Assembly (NCBI GenBank): GCA_049323595.1
Contig: JBMOOD010000001.1
Span: forward strand, 104,530-168,529
From: Pseudomonadota bacterium
GTDB lineage: Bacteria > Pseudomonadota > Alphaproteobacteria > Caulobacterales > Caulobacteraceae
Reading direction: 5' to 3'
DNA length: 64,000 nucleotides
This document shows, piece by piece, positions 36,401 through 45,956 of this stretch (position 1 is its first letter; each line of letters starts with the position of its first letter). The notes below the pieces were generated by a model. The model was not told the origin of the DNA and did not search any database. It worked only from the letters and a program-made list of their open reading frames with translations. Both the position numbers and the translations under genes were made by a program.

Positions 36401-36904
36401 CTAGGCGGCGTTGGCCAGGTAGGCGACGGGGTCGCGGACGAAGCCCGACGCCTCGCCCAGGCATCCCTGCCAGGCCGCCAGGTGCAGCATCGCGCTGTCG
36501 CGCGTATCGGACTTGACCAGCAGCGCCGCGTAGATGGCGTGGGCCCGCCCGCCCTTGTCCTGGTAGATGCGGCAGAAGACGGACGTCTGGTTGAAGCCGT
36601 TGATCTGGGCCAGGGTCGGCGAGCCTTCCAGCAAGCTGTCGAACAGGGCCGCCTGGCAGGCGCGCCCCTGGGCGTTGCAGCCAGCGAACTGGACCGAGAA
36701 GTTGGCCGCGGCCGACGTGACCGTGACGAACACCGAGTCGCCGTCCTTGCGATCGGTGCGAACCTGCGCCCCCGCCTCGCCGACAAGCCCCATCAGGCCC
36801 TGCGGGTTCTGGGCGTCGAAGGCGGCGGTCGCCGGAGCCTTCTGGGCCGGAGCCGCGGCCACGCACAGCGCGGCGGCGGGGAGGATGAAAAGGCGTCGCA
36901 TCAT
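36401..36904 (-). CDS. Exported YbjN-like protein
   Basis: Signal peptide; INGFNQTSVFCR pattern; Cys pair. Confidence 0.6.
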   Translation of the reverse strand: MMRRLFILPAAALCVAAAPAQKAPATAAFDAQNPQGLMGLVGEAGAQVRTDRKDGDSVFVTVTSAAANFSVQFAGCNAQGRACQAALFDSLLEGSPTLAQINGFNQTSVFCRIYQDKGGRAHAIYAALLVKSDTRDSAMLHLAAWQGCLGEASGFVRDPVAYLANAA

Positions 36905-37007
36905 GGTCCCGGCCTAACAGACGAAAGGGCGCGGCGCGAGCAGCGCGCTCTGGCGCGACAAGGCGACGCTCTCTATCGTCACGGTTGCGAACAACGGAGA
37001 CTCTCCC

Positions 37008-37385
37008 ATGAAGCGGGCGGCGTGGCTGGCGATGATCTGCGGAACCGCCTTGGCGAGCGCGGCGGCCGCCCAGGACGTGAACGCATCCCAGGACTGCGGC
37101 GACACCCGCGGGACGGTGGCGTCCTGCGCCGATCCCGGCCGCCGGTCGACCCTGGCGGACGGCTTTGCGCCGCGGCCGACCGAAATGGACAGCTTCGTCC
37201 GCAAGGGTGATCGCGCCCGCACGCTCAGCGCCGGAGGCGAAGCGCGCGACCGGGTCGAACTGGAGCGCCGCATCAACGCCGAGCTGGCGGCTGGAAACTG
37301 CGAGGCGGCCGAGGACCTCGCCCGCGACCACGGATTCCACGGCGCCGCCGGACGCATCCGCCGCATGTGCAAGTCGAGCCAGTAG
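37008..37385 (+). CDS. Small secreted hypothetical protein
   Basis: Signal peptide with AAA-Q cleavage; GGAG SD; Cys pairs. Confidence 0.6.
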   Translation: MKRAAWLAMICGTALASAAAAQDVNASQDCGDTRGTVASCADPGRRSTLADGFAPRPTEMDSFVRKGDRARTLSAGGEARDRVELERRINAELAAGNCEAAEDLARDHGFHGAAGRIRRMCKSSQ

Positions 37386-37488
37386 ACCACCTTCCGCGCA
37401 GCGACGCAGGTCGCCCGGCGATCCGATTTCCGTCGCGGAACGGCCCGGACGGGCATAAGCTTGACCGCGTCTTGGGGAGGGTGCGCTG

Positions 37489-38460
37489 ATGGATATGGGA
37501 ATGACCGTCGCTGCGGTGTTCCTGGTGCTGGCCGTGGTCGTGGCCTTCGGGGCCATCAAGATCGTGCCGCAGGGTCGTGAGTTCACCGTCGAGCGCTTTG
37601 GCCGCTACACGCGCACGCTGAAGCCCGGGATCAGCTTCCTGACGCCGTTCGTCGAGGGCGTCGGCCGGCGCGTGAACATGATGGAGCAGGTCCTGGACGT
37701 GCCGCGCCAGGAGGTGATCACCAAGGACAACGCCGTGGTCCAGGTGGACGGCATCGTTTTCATCCAGGTGATGGACGCCGCGGCGGCCGCCTACCGGGTC
37801 GACAACCTGAACTACGCCATCCAGCAGCTGGCCATGACGAACCTGCGGACGGTCGTGGGCTCGATGGAGCTGGACGAGGTGCTGAGCCAGCGCGACGCCA
37901 TCAATACGCGCCTCCTGGACGTGATCGACCAGGCCACCACGCCGTGGGGCGTCAAGGTGGCGCGCATCGAGATCAAGGACCTGCAGCCGCCGCCGGACAT
38001 CACCGCCGCCATGGCCCGCCAGATGAAGGCCGAGCGCGAACGGCGTGCGGTGATCACCGAGGCCGACGGCGAGAAGTCGGCCGCCATCGCCCGCGCCGAG
38101 GGCGCCAAGCAGGCGGCCATCCTGGAGGCCGAGGGCCGCCGCGAGGCGGCCTTCCGCGACGCCGAGGCCCGCGAGCGCGAGGCGGAGGCCGAGGCCAAGG
38201 CCACGACCATGGTCTCCGAGGCGATCGCCCGCGGCGACGTCAACGCCATCAACTACTTCGTCGCCCAGAAGTACGTGGACGCCTTCGCCGAACTGGCGCG
38301 GAGCCCGCAGCAGAAGACGGTCATCGTTCCGGCGGAAATGGGCGCCCTGGTGGGCACCGTCGGCGGGATCGGCGAGCTGGTGAAGGCGATCGGCGCCGAG
38401 GGCCCTCCGCCCCGCCCGCCGGCGCGCGGCCGCGGCGGCGTGCCGCAGACCGGAACCTGA
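37489..38460 (+). CDS. qmcA: SPFH/stomatin-like protein (QmcA)
   Basis: VERFGRY, QEVITKDN, QMKAERERRA. Confidence 0.92.
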   Translation: MDMGMTVAAVFLVLAVVVAFGAIKIVPQGREFTVERFGRYTRTLKPGISFLTPFVEGVGRRVNMMEQVLDVPRQEVITKDNAVVQVDGIVFIQVMDAAAAAYRVDNLNYAIQQLAMTNLRTVVGSMELDEVLSQRDAINTRLLDVIDQATTPWGVKVARIEIKDLQPPPDITAAMARQMKAERERRAVITEADGEKSAAIARAEGAKQAAILEAEGRREAAFRDAEAREREAEAEAKATTMVSEAIARGDVNAINYFVAQKYVDAFAELARSPQQKTVIVPAEMGALVGTVGGIGELVKAIGAEGPPPRPPARGRGGVPQTGT

Positions 38461-38463
38461 GCC

Positions 38464-38922
38464 ATGGACACCATCGCGGGCCTCTATGCGAACCAGCCCT
38501 TCTGGGTCTGGGCCGCGCTCGCCGCCGCCCTGCTGGCCATCGAGGTCATGACGGGGTCGGGCTGGCTCCTGTGGGCGGCCGCCTCCGCGGCGGCCACCGG
38601 CGCGGTCGTGGCCTTCCTGGACGCCAACGTCCCCACCGCGCTCCTGCTGTTCGCCGCGCTGACGATCGCCTCGACCCTGCTGGCCCGCCGCTACCTGCCG
38701 CGCTCGGTCCCGGCCGCCGCTGGGGACATCAACGACAACGTCGCCCGGCTGATCGGACACCGGGGTGCGGCGGTGGGCGACTTCCCGGGCCGCGCCGGGC
38801 GCGTCTTCATCGACGGCAAGGAGTGGGCCGCCGAGCTCGCGGAGGGCCAGGGGCTGGAGGCCGGGGCCACGGTGGAGGTGGTCGGCGTCAGCGGCGCCGT
38901 GCTCACTGTCCGGCGCGCCTGA
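38464..38922 (+). CDS. NfeD-like (YbbJ) partner protein
   Basis: TM helices plus GRVFIDGKEWAA OB fold; adjacent to the SPFH gene. Confidence 0.88.
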   Translation: MDTIAGLYANQPFWVWAALAAALLAIEVMTGSGWLLWAAASAAATGAVVAFLDANVPTALLLFAALTIASTLLARRYLPRSVPAAAGDINDNVARLIGHRGAAVGDFPGRAGRVFIDGKEWAAELAEGQGLEAGATVEVVGVSGAVLTVRRA

Positions 38923-39089
38923 GGCCCTGCGGCGAGTCGCCGCAATCGGTCGTTGAGGAGCGAAGCTCGTCCTAACCCCTTGGAAGAAGGCCACAGTTCG
39001 GCCGGGTTCGCCCCCTAGCTTGACCCGCGAGGGATCGCGGCGCTTATTCGCCCCGCGAATTCACGACCCAGGGTCACGACCAGGAGAAG

Positions 39090-40412
39090 ATGACGGTGAG
39101 AACGCCTAGAGCAATCGGGCTGGCGATGGCGCTGGCGGCGGCCATGATGCTGCCGGCCGCGGCGGTGTCGCAGGGCAAGAAGGGTGCGGAGATCTCCGAG
39201 AAGTCCCGCAAGCAGGGCATGGAGGAAGCGCCCGCCGTGCTGCAGGCGGCCAACATCCCCTGCCAGGTTTCCGATGCGCGCCTGATCGGCCAGGACCGCA
39301 AGACCAAGACGTCCTACTACGAAGTCGCCTGCGCCCCCGGGACGATGGGCTTCGTGCTGCAGAAGCCGGCCGAAGGCGCCATCACGGCCTACACCTGCAT
39401 CGAGGCCAACACCCCGCCCGGTCCCGACCAGCCGCCGGCGGCGCCGTGCCTGCTGCCCGGCAACGCCGATCCCAAGGCCACGCTCCAGCCGCTGATGAAG
39501 CAGGCCGGGGTTGAGTGCCTGCCGCAACAGGCCCGCGGCATCGGCCAGACCAAGACCAGCACCTACATGGAAGTCGCCTGTCAGGAGGGTCCCGGCTACA
39601 TCGTCGTCGCCGGCGTGCCGTTCGACAGCAGCAAGCCCGTCCAGGCGCAGAACTGCCTGATGTACGACGACGCCGACACCAACATCAAATGCACGCTGAG
39701 CGACAAGGCCACGCGCATGGCGGTGATGGACAAGTACGTGGCGGCCGCGAACAACGGCTGCGTCATCAAAGACCGCCGCTTCGTCGGCATGTCGAAGGAT
39801 GGCTCGACCTTCTACGAGGCCTCGTGCCAGGACGGGAAGGGCTACATCTACAAGGTGGCCGGCGGCGCGCTCGCCGACACCTACGAGTGCTCCAAGGCCT
39901 CGCAGATCCTGGGCGGCTGCACCCTGACCGACGCTCGCCAGGCGCAGACCGAGCAGGCGGCCCTCTACACGAAGCTCGCCTCCGAGGCCGGCATGGCCTG
40001 CGACGTCGACAAGTACGCGCTGTTCCCGGTGAACGAGCCGGGCCGTGAGGTCGTCGAGCTGGTCTGCAAGGACGGCTCGGGCGCCATCGGCATCTTCCAG
40101 GCCGGCCAGAAGGGCCAGGTGGTCGACTGCGGCCGCGCGCCGGTGGCGGGCTTCAAGTGCTCGCTGTCGGATGCGGCCCGCGGCTACGCCAATCTGACCA
40201 AGGACCTGCACAAGTTCGACTACAAGTCCTGCGACGTCTCCAACACCCGCGTCATCGGCAAGAACGACGCCGGCAACACCTTCATGGAGGTGGCCTGCGC
40301 CGACGGGCTGAAGGGCTATGTGATCGAGTACCAGAGCAAGCCGACCATCAACGCCGTGAAGGCCATCGGCTGCGCCTTCGCCGGCAACTGCAAGCTGCCC
40401 GGCAACACCTGA
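39090..40412 (+). CDS. Secreted cysteine-rich five-repeat protein
   Basis: Signal peptide; 20 Cys arranged as five ~80-aa units. Confidence 0.85.
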   Translation: MTVRTPRAIGLAMALAAAMMLPAAAVSQGKKGAEISEKSRKQGMEEAPAVLQAANIPCQVSDARLIGQDRKTKTSYYEVACAPGTMGFVLQKPAEGAITAYTCIEANTPPGPDQPPAAPCLLPGNADPKATLQPLMKQAGVECLPQQARGIGQTKTSTYMEVACQEGPGYIVVAGVPFDSSKPVQAQNCLMYDDADTNIKCTLSDKATRMAVMDKYVAAANNGCVIKDRRFVGMSKDGSTFYEASCQDGKGYIYKVAGGALADTYECSKASQILGGCTLTDARQAQTEQAALYTKLASEAGMACDVDKYALFPVNEPGREVVELVCKDGSGAIGIFQAGQKGQVVDCGRAPVAGFKCSLSDAARGYANLTKDLHKFDYKSCDVSNTRVIGKNDAGNTFMEVACADGLKGYVIEYQSKPTINAVKAIGCAFAGNCKLPGNT

Positions 40413-40438
40413 TCCGGACGGCAGGACCGTACGGTCGG

Positions 40439-40472
40439 AGGCCCGCGGAGCGATCCGCGGGCCTTCTTCTTT
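40439..40472 (+). terminator. Rho-independent terminator
   Basis: aggcccgcgga-GCGA-tccgcgggcct followed by tcttcttt. Confidence 0.8.
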
Positions 40473-40536
40473 CCGGCTTGCCGGACGCCGCGGCAGGGTG
40501 GCGAGGGTGCCGCCGCAACCCGAGGAGAGTACTGCG

Positions 40537-40824
40537 ATGCCGGCCTATGTGATCTTCATCAAGAACAAGACGCACGACGCCGAGGAGCTGAAAGTCTACA
40601 GCCAGAAGGCGGGGGCGGCCCGCGGCGACCACCAGATCAAGCCGCTGGCCTTCTACGGCCCCCTGGAGGTGCTGGAGGGCGATCCCGCCGAGGGCGTGGT
40701 CCTGATCGAGTTCCCCGACAAGGCTGCGGCGAAAGCCTGGTACGACAGCCCCGCCTACCAGGAGGCCAAGCAGCACCGCCTCAAGGGCGCCGACTACCGG
40801 GTGATCCTGGCCGAGGGCCTCTAG
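40537..40824 (+). CDS. DUF1330 family protein
   Basis: MPAYVI...EVLEG...VLIEFP...AWYDSPAYQ. Confidence 0.9.
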   Translation: MPAYVIFIKNKTHDAEELKVYSQKAGAARGDHQIKPLAFYGPLEVLEGDPAEGVVLIEFPDKAAAKAWYDSPAYQEAKQHRLKGADYRVILAEGL

Positions 40825-40937
40825 AGCGCGATCCGCAAAAGTGGAAACCGGTTCTGCGATCAGATCGCGCTCAAGCTTGTGATTTAGAGCCCTTTTTGTC
40901 CCGCTCAAACGATTCCGTTTGAACGGGAAAGGCTCTA
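40822..40937. repeat. CIR/RIME-like 116-bp double-palindrome intergenic element
   Basis: TAGAGC...GCTCTA ends; two internal palindromes; GATTC at 40911-40915 in the loop of the second. Confidence 0.75.
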
Positions 40938-40944
40938 GGGCCCG

Positions 40945-42486
40945 TCAGATCTTCGCCTCGATGAACATCGGGCCCTTCTGGGCCATGGCGGCGGCGAAGG
41001 CCTTCTCGAAGTCTTCGCCGGTCGCACAGCTCACCGCCGGCAGGCCGAGGCCCTTAGCCACTGGGACCCAGTCGATGTTGGGATCGCCCAGGTCCAGCAG
41101 CTTCTTGGCCGAGGGCCCGGCCTTGCCCGCGCCGGTGCGCTCCATCTCCACGTTCAGGATCCGGTACGTGTAGTTGGCGAAGACCACGACGGTGACGTCC
41201 AGGTTTTCGCGCGCCATCGTCCACAGGGCCTGGACCGTGTACATCGCCGCGCCGTCGCCGTTGAGGCTCAGCACCTTGCGGTCCGGGGCGGCCACGGCGG
41301 CGCCGATGGCCAGCGGCAGGCCGATCCCGATCGCGCCGCCGGTCAGCGCCAGCACCTCGTGCGGACGCGCCTTCGCGGTCCCGGCGGCGACGCCGGCCCC
41401 GGAGGTCACCGCATCGTCGCAGATGATCGCGCCCTCGGGCACGTGCCGGGCGATCGAGGCGCCGACGGCATAGGCCGTGAGCTTGCCCGTCGGTCCCGCC
41501 TCGGGCAGTTCGAGCGACTGTACGGCCCCCGACTTCGGCGCGCCCAGGGCGTCGGCCAGGGCCGCGAGGCCCGCCACGGAATCCTCGGCCCGCTGCGACA
41601 GCGTCAGCGTCGCGCAGCCCTCGGGGACCAGGACGCTGGGCCGGTTCGGATAGGCGAAGAAGGCGACCGGCGTGGTCGTCCCGGCGAAGACCATCAGGTC
41701 GACGCCCTCGAGCTCGGCCAGCGCCATCTCGCCGAAGTACTGCATCTTCTTCGGCGCGAAGGTCCCGGCGCCGCGCGGCTGGCGGGCGACGAAGGTGTCC
41801 GTATAGACCGTGACGCCGGCGGCCTCGAGCCGCGCGGCTTCCTTCAGCGCCTCGGCGCGGCAAGCCTGGCCGCCCAGCAGGACGACCGGCTTCTTCGCCG
41901 CCTTGATGGCCTTGGCCGCGGCTTCGACGGCGGAGCCCGCCGGCGCCGGCCGCACCGGCTTCTGGGCCAGGACGGTCTCGCCCTTGGCCGGCAGCCAGGC
42001 CGCGTCGGCCGGCAGGATCAGGCTGACCGGGCCGCCGGGCGGGCCGAAGCTGGCGGCCACGGCCTCGGCGGCGAGGCCCGCGACGCTGTCGGGCGTGTCG
42101 GCCGACTTCACCCAGATGGAGTTCGGCTTCACCAGCGTGGCGATGTCGGAGTTCAGCGGCGCGTCGTACTGGCGATGATAGGTCGCGTGGTCGCCGATCA
42201 CGTTGACGATCGGCGTGAAGGCCCGCCGCGCGTTGTGCAGGTTGGCCACGCCGTTGCCGTAGCCGGGGCCCAGGTGCAGCAGGGTGCAGGCGGGCCGGTC
42301 GGCGATGCGGCCGTAGCCATCCGCCGCGCCGGTGGCCACGCCCTCGAACTGGCACAGCACCGGACGCATCGCCGGCACGCCGTCGAGGGCGGCCACGAAC
42401 TGCATCTCGGACGTGCCGGGATTTGCGAAGCAGGCGGTGACCTCGTTGGCCACCAGGGTCGAGATCAGGGCGTCGGCGCCGTTCAT
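40945..42486 (-). CDS. ThDP-dependent acetolactate-synthase-like enzyme
   Basis: FANPGTSEM, EGVATGAADGY, LHLGPG, GDGAAMYT...N. Confidence 0.9.
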   Translation of the reverse strand: MNGADALISTLVANEVTACFANPGTSEMQFVAALDGVPAMRPVLCQFEGVATGAADGYGRIADRPACTLLHLGPGYGNGVANLHNARRAFTPIVNVIGDHATYHRQYDAPLNSDIATLVKPNSIWVKSADTPDSVAGLAAEAVAASFGPPGGPVSLILPADAAWLPAKGETVLAQKPVRPAPAGSAVEAAAKAIKAAKKPVVLLGGQACRAEALKEAARLEAAGVTVYTDTFVARQPRGAGTFAPKKMQYFGEMALAELEGVDLMVFAGTTTPVAFFAYPNRPSVLVPEGCATLTLSQRAEDSVAGLAALADALGAPKSGAVQSLELPEAGPTGKLTAYAVGASIARHVPEGAIICDDAVTSGAGVAAGTAKARPHEVLALTGGAIGIGLPLAIGAAVAAPDRKVLSLNGDGAAMYTVQALWTMARENLDVTVVVFANYTYRILNVEMERTGAGKAGPSAKKLLDLGDPNIDWVPVAKGLGLPAVSCATGEDFEKAFAAAMAQKGPMFIEAKI

Positions 42487-44264
42487 TCAAACACCATCAC
42501 GTCAGAGGGGGCGGGGTCGGCGAACAGCCGCTCTACGGCGGCGGCGCGCAGGGTGCGGGCGAGGCTCTGGGCGATATAGCCCTTGTCGGTGATTTCGCCC
42601 GCGCCGGCGTCGGGCGGGCCCTCCAGGACCAGGGCCCGGGCGATCCGCCCGCCCGATCCCTTGGCGCGGGCGTTGAACGCCGCGATCCCCTTGTGGACGT
42701 CGGCGGCGATGCGGTCGGGAGCCATCGTCGGATTGGGGTAGAGGAGCAGGCCGACGGCCTGGCCGTTCTCGCCGCAGACCACGGCGTCGGTCACCGCGTC
42801 GCCGATCTCTCCGATCGCGCCGATGCGCAGCTCGCCGACCATGACGAAGGTGCCGGACGCCAGTTTGAAATTCTCCGAGAGGCGCCCGTCGTAGATCATC
42901 CCCGCCTTGGGATCTTCCGGATCGACGAAGCGGGCGGCGTCGCCCACGCGGTAGAACCCCTCCTCGTCGAAGGCCGCGGCCGAGGCCTCCGGCCGGCCCA
43001 GGTAGCCGGGCGTCACCTGCGGACCCTTGACCCGGAACTCCAGCTTGCCGGCCTCGGGAACCAGCCGCACCGACGTGCCCGGCAGAGGCGCGCCGATCAT
43101 GCCCATACGGGTGTTCGGCCAATGCACATTGCAGGCCGTCGGGCCTGTCTCGGTGGCGCCGTAGCCCGAGCCGAAGCTGATCCTTTCGCCGACGGTGCGG
43201 ACCGCCACGGCCTGGATCCGGTCGGCCGTCGCCTGACCCAGGGCCGCGCCCCCGTACTGCAGGAGCCGAACGCGGGAGAAGAACGCCCGCGCCAGGCCCT
43301 CGTCCTTCTCCAGCTCCTCGGCGAACAGCATCCAGGCGGCCGGGACCATGTTCTGGTAGGTGGGCGCAACCTCCCGCAGGTTCCTGACCGTCTCGCCGAA
43401 TTTCGCCGCCGTGGGCTGGCCGGCGTCGATGTAGAGCGAGCCGCCGCGGTGGGCCGAGTAGTGCAGGATCGCGTTGGCGCCGAGGCTGTGGCTCCACGGC
43501 GCCGAATGGACCATCACCAGCGGGTCGGCGGGGTCGGCGAAACAGGCGGTGATCTGGGCCGCGTTGGTGCTCATGCCGCGGTGCGTGTTGATGACCGCCT
43601 TGGGCAGGCCGGTCGAACCGGACGTGAGCAGGTACTTGGCGTGCTGGTCGGGCGTGGCCGTCGGCGGGGCGGATCCCTTGCCATAGAGGTCGGCCAGCGC
43701 CACGTCGCCGGATCTCGGATTGATCGCGGCGATCACGGGAAGTCCGGCGAGCGCCGGGGCGCCGAGCCCGTCGGCGAACAGCGCGGCGTCCTCCGTATAG
43801 ACGGCGGCGGGGTTCAGGGCCTCGCAGGCGTGGGCGAGCCGGCCAAGGTTGGCGCCGGGCAGGCCGTACTGCGACGAAACCGGCGCCACCGGCAGGCCCT
43901 GGCCCATGGCGGCATAGGCGATCAGGGCATGGTCGATCGCATTGCGGCTCAGGATCATCAGGGGCCGCTCGCCGACGATCCCCAGGTCGCGAAGACCGGC
44001 GGCCAGCTCGGCGATCCGCTGCCAGGCCTCGGCGAAGTTCACGGTGCGCCAGCCGTCTCCGGAACGCTCCGCCAGCCAGATCCGGTCGGGCGCCGCAGCC
44101 GCCCAGTGGGCCAGCGCCGAGGTGGCCGTCAGATGCTCCGTCGAGAACGGCGTCGGATTGGTGAGCACGAACTCGCCGCCGGGCCGTTCGTCGACCTCGA
44201 GCCGCCGCGGCGCATAGCGCGGGTCGCGGATCGGCGCGGTCGAGAGCTTGAGTTCGGCGTCCAT
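42483..44264 (-). CDS. Feruloyl-CoA-synthetase-like acyl-CoA ligase
   Basis: TSGSTGLPK, YGATET, GFYRVGD, GRLSENFKL, GEITDKG. Confidence 0.88.
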   Translation of the reverse strand: MDAELKLSTAPIRDPRYAPRRLEVDERPGGEFVLTNPTPFSTEHLTATSALAHWAAAAPDRIWLAERSGDGWRTVNFAEAWQRIAELAAGLRDLGIVGERPLMILSRNAIDHALIAYAAMGQGLPVAPVSSQYGLPGANLGRLAHACEALNPAAVYTEDAALFADGLGAPALAGLPVIAAINPRSGDVALADLYGKGSAPPTATPDQHAKYLLTSGSTGLPKAVINTHRGMSTNAAQITACFADPADPLVMVHSAPWSHSLGANAILHYSAHRGGSLYIDAGQPTAAKFGETVRNLREVAPTYQNMVPAAWMLFAEELEKDEGLARAFFSRVRLLQYGGAALGQATADRIQAVAVRTVGERISFGSGYGATETGPTACNVHWPNTRMGMIGAPLPGTSVRLVPEAGKLEFRVKGPQVTPGYLGRPEASAAAFDEEGFYRVGDAARFVDPEDPKAGMIYDGRLSENFKLASGTFVMVGELRIGAIGEIGDAVTDAVVCGENGQAVGLLLYPNPTMAPDRIAADVHKGIAAFNARAKGSGGRIARALVLEGPPDAGAGEITDKGYIAQSLARTLRAAAVERLFADPAPSDVMVFE

Positions 44265-44350
44265 GGCCTGTGAGGGTTACGGGCGCGCGGCCCGAAAGGG
44301 AAGCCCTGGTCCCCGCTGATGGGCCTTCGCCGGATTCCCGATGGACTCTC

Positions 44351-44392
44351 ATATCCGGTCGGTTATATATCGAATCATAACTCATGAGCTAT
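44351..44392 (+). promoter_or_regulatory. Two imperfect ATAACC-N4-GGTTAT palindromes (likely ArsR operators)
   Basis: ATATCC-ggtc-GGTTAT (44351-44366) and ATAACT-catg-AGCTAT (44377-44392). Confidence 0.6.
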
Positions 44393-44725
44393 CAATTGCC
44401 GCCGGCGCTCCCCCACGACGTTCTCTTCCGAACCCTCGCCGATCCGACCCGGCGAGCGCTGTTCGAGCGGCTGTGCCGAGACGGCGAACTGACCGTGGGG
44501 GCCCTGACCGCCGAGGCCGGCATCTCCCAGCCCGCCGTCTCCAAGCACCTAGCGGTGTTGAAGCGGGCCGGCCTGGTGCGCGACCGCCACGCGGGCCGCC
44601 AGACGCACTACAGCGCGCAGCTCGGCGCCCTGGCGCCGCTGGTCGACTGGACCAGCCAGATGGCGGGCTTCTGGGAAGGACGGTTCGACGGACTCGAAGA
44701 CCTGCTCCGACGGATGGACCAATGA
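44384..44725 (+). CDS. ArsR/SmtB family regulator
   Basis: LADPTRR, SQPAVSKHL, R-x-GR-x-x-x-Y; alternative TTG start at 44396. Confidence 0.9.
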   Translation: MSYQLPPALPHDVLFRTLADPTRRALFERLCRDGELTVGALTAEAGISQPAVSKHLAVLKRAGLVRDRHAGRQTHYSAQLGALAPLVDWTSQMAGFWEGRFDGLEDLLRRMDQ

Positions 44726-45150
44726 ACCGCCCCGAAACCGAGACCCGCACCGTCGTCGTCGAGCGGGAGTTCGCGCACCCCCCGGAAAAGCTCTGGCGGG
44801 CGCTGACCCAGCCGCACCTGATCGCCGAGTGGCTGATGAAGAACGACTTCGCGCCGGTCGTAGGTCACCGCTTCAGCCTGCGCGGCGACTGGGGCGGCGT
44901 GCTGGACTGCGAGGTGATGGCGATCGAGCCGAACCGGACGCTGGCCTACACCTGGAACTTCGCAAACGAGGATCCCGCCTTCGCCCTGGAGAGCGTCGTG
45001 ACCTTCACGCTGACGCCCACCCCGTCGGGCACGTTCCTCAGGATGGAGCAATCGGGGTTCCGGCCGGGCCAGAAGCAGGCTTACGGTGGCGCTCACGCCG
45101 GCTGGAAGCAGTTCTTCTCGAACCTGGAAACGGTGCTGGCGCGAGACTGA
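44722..45150 (+). CDS. SRPBCC (AHSA1-like) protein
   Basis: PPEKLWRALT...EW, VTFTL...LRMEQSGF...GW. Confidence 0.9.
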   Translation: MNRPETETRTVVVEREFAHPPEKLWRALTQPHLIAEWLMKNDFAPVVGHRFSLRGDWGGVLDCEVMAIEPNRTLAYTWNFANEDPAFALESVVTFTLTPTPSGTFLRMEQSGFRPGQKQAYGGAHAGWKQFFSNLETVLARD

Positions 45151-45189
45151 CGCGCGCCCGCCCCGGTCTCATGAAATAGGGAGGTCGCA

Positions 45190-45405
45190 TTGAACTGGAA
45201 CAACCTCGTCCGGCAGGTCCACCGCTGGCTGTCCGTGGCGTTCACGCTGGGATTCGTGGTCAACCTCGTCTTCGCGGTCAGCGGCGGCCAACCGGCGACA
45301 TGGCTCTACTTCCTGGCGCTCGTCCCGCTCTTCCTGCTCCTGCCGACGGGGCTCTACCTGTTCGCCCTGCCCTACGCCGCCCGGCTGGGCGGCGGAAAGG
45401 CGTGA
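45190..45405 (+). CDS. Small two-TM membrane protein (PepSY-TM-like)
   Basis: RQVHRWLS; GGGAGG SD; two hydrophobic helices. Confidence 0.75.
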   Translation: MNWNNLVRQVHRWLSVAFTLGFVVNLVFAVSGGQPATWLYFLALVPLFLLLPTGLYLFALPYAARLGGGKA

Positions 45406-45410
45406 CGGCC

Positions 45411-45956
45411 ATGGCGGGCGCGCATACGTCGACCTTCCGGGCGCGGGGCGCTTGCGGGGGGCTCCTCGCCGCCGCGCTCCTCGCGCTGGCGCCGTCGGCC
45501 GTCCAGGCGCAGGCGCCGCCGCCGAAACCCGCGCCCTGCGACACGCCGCAGCATCGCCAGTTCGACTTCTGGGTCGGCCGCTGGCAGGTCTCGCCGACCG
45601 GCCAGGATCGGGTCGTCGCCGAGAGCCTGATCGAGAAGCTCTACAACGGCTGCGGCATCCGCGAGAACTGGATGCCGAAGAACGGCCAGACGGGCGGCAG
45701 CCTCAATATCTACCTGCCCGCCGAGAAGGCCTGGAAACAGACCTGGATCGACAGCGCCGGCACACGCGCCGACTTCACCGGCGGCTGGAACGGCGAGGCC
45801 ATGGTGCTGACCGGCGTCTGGGGCGGGCCGCTGGTGCGCATGACCTATACCCCGAACCCGGACGGCTCGGTCCGCCAGCTCGGGGAGCAGTCGACGGACG
45901 GCGGCAGGACCTGGGGCCCCAGCTTCGACTTCACCTACCGCCGGGCGGGCCCTTAG
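45411..45956 (+). CDS. Secreted beta-barrel hypothetical protein (DUF1579-like)
   Basis: Signal peptide; FDFWVGRW, WKQTWID, STDGGRTW. Confidence 0.75.
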   Translation: MAGAHTSTFRARGACGGLLAAALLALAPSAVQAQAPPPKPAPCDTPQHRQFDFWVGRWQVSPTGQDRVVAESLIEKLYNGCGIRENWMPKNGQTGGSLNIYLPAEKAWKQTWIDSAGTRADFTGGWNGEAMVLTGVWGGPLVRMTYTPNPDGSVRQLGEQSTDGGRTWGPSFDFTYRRAGP

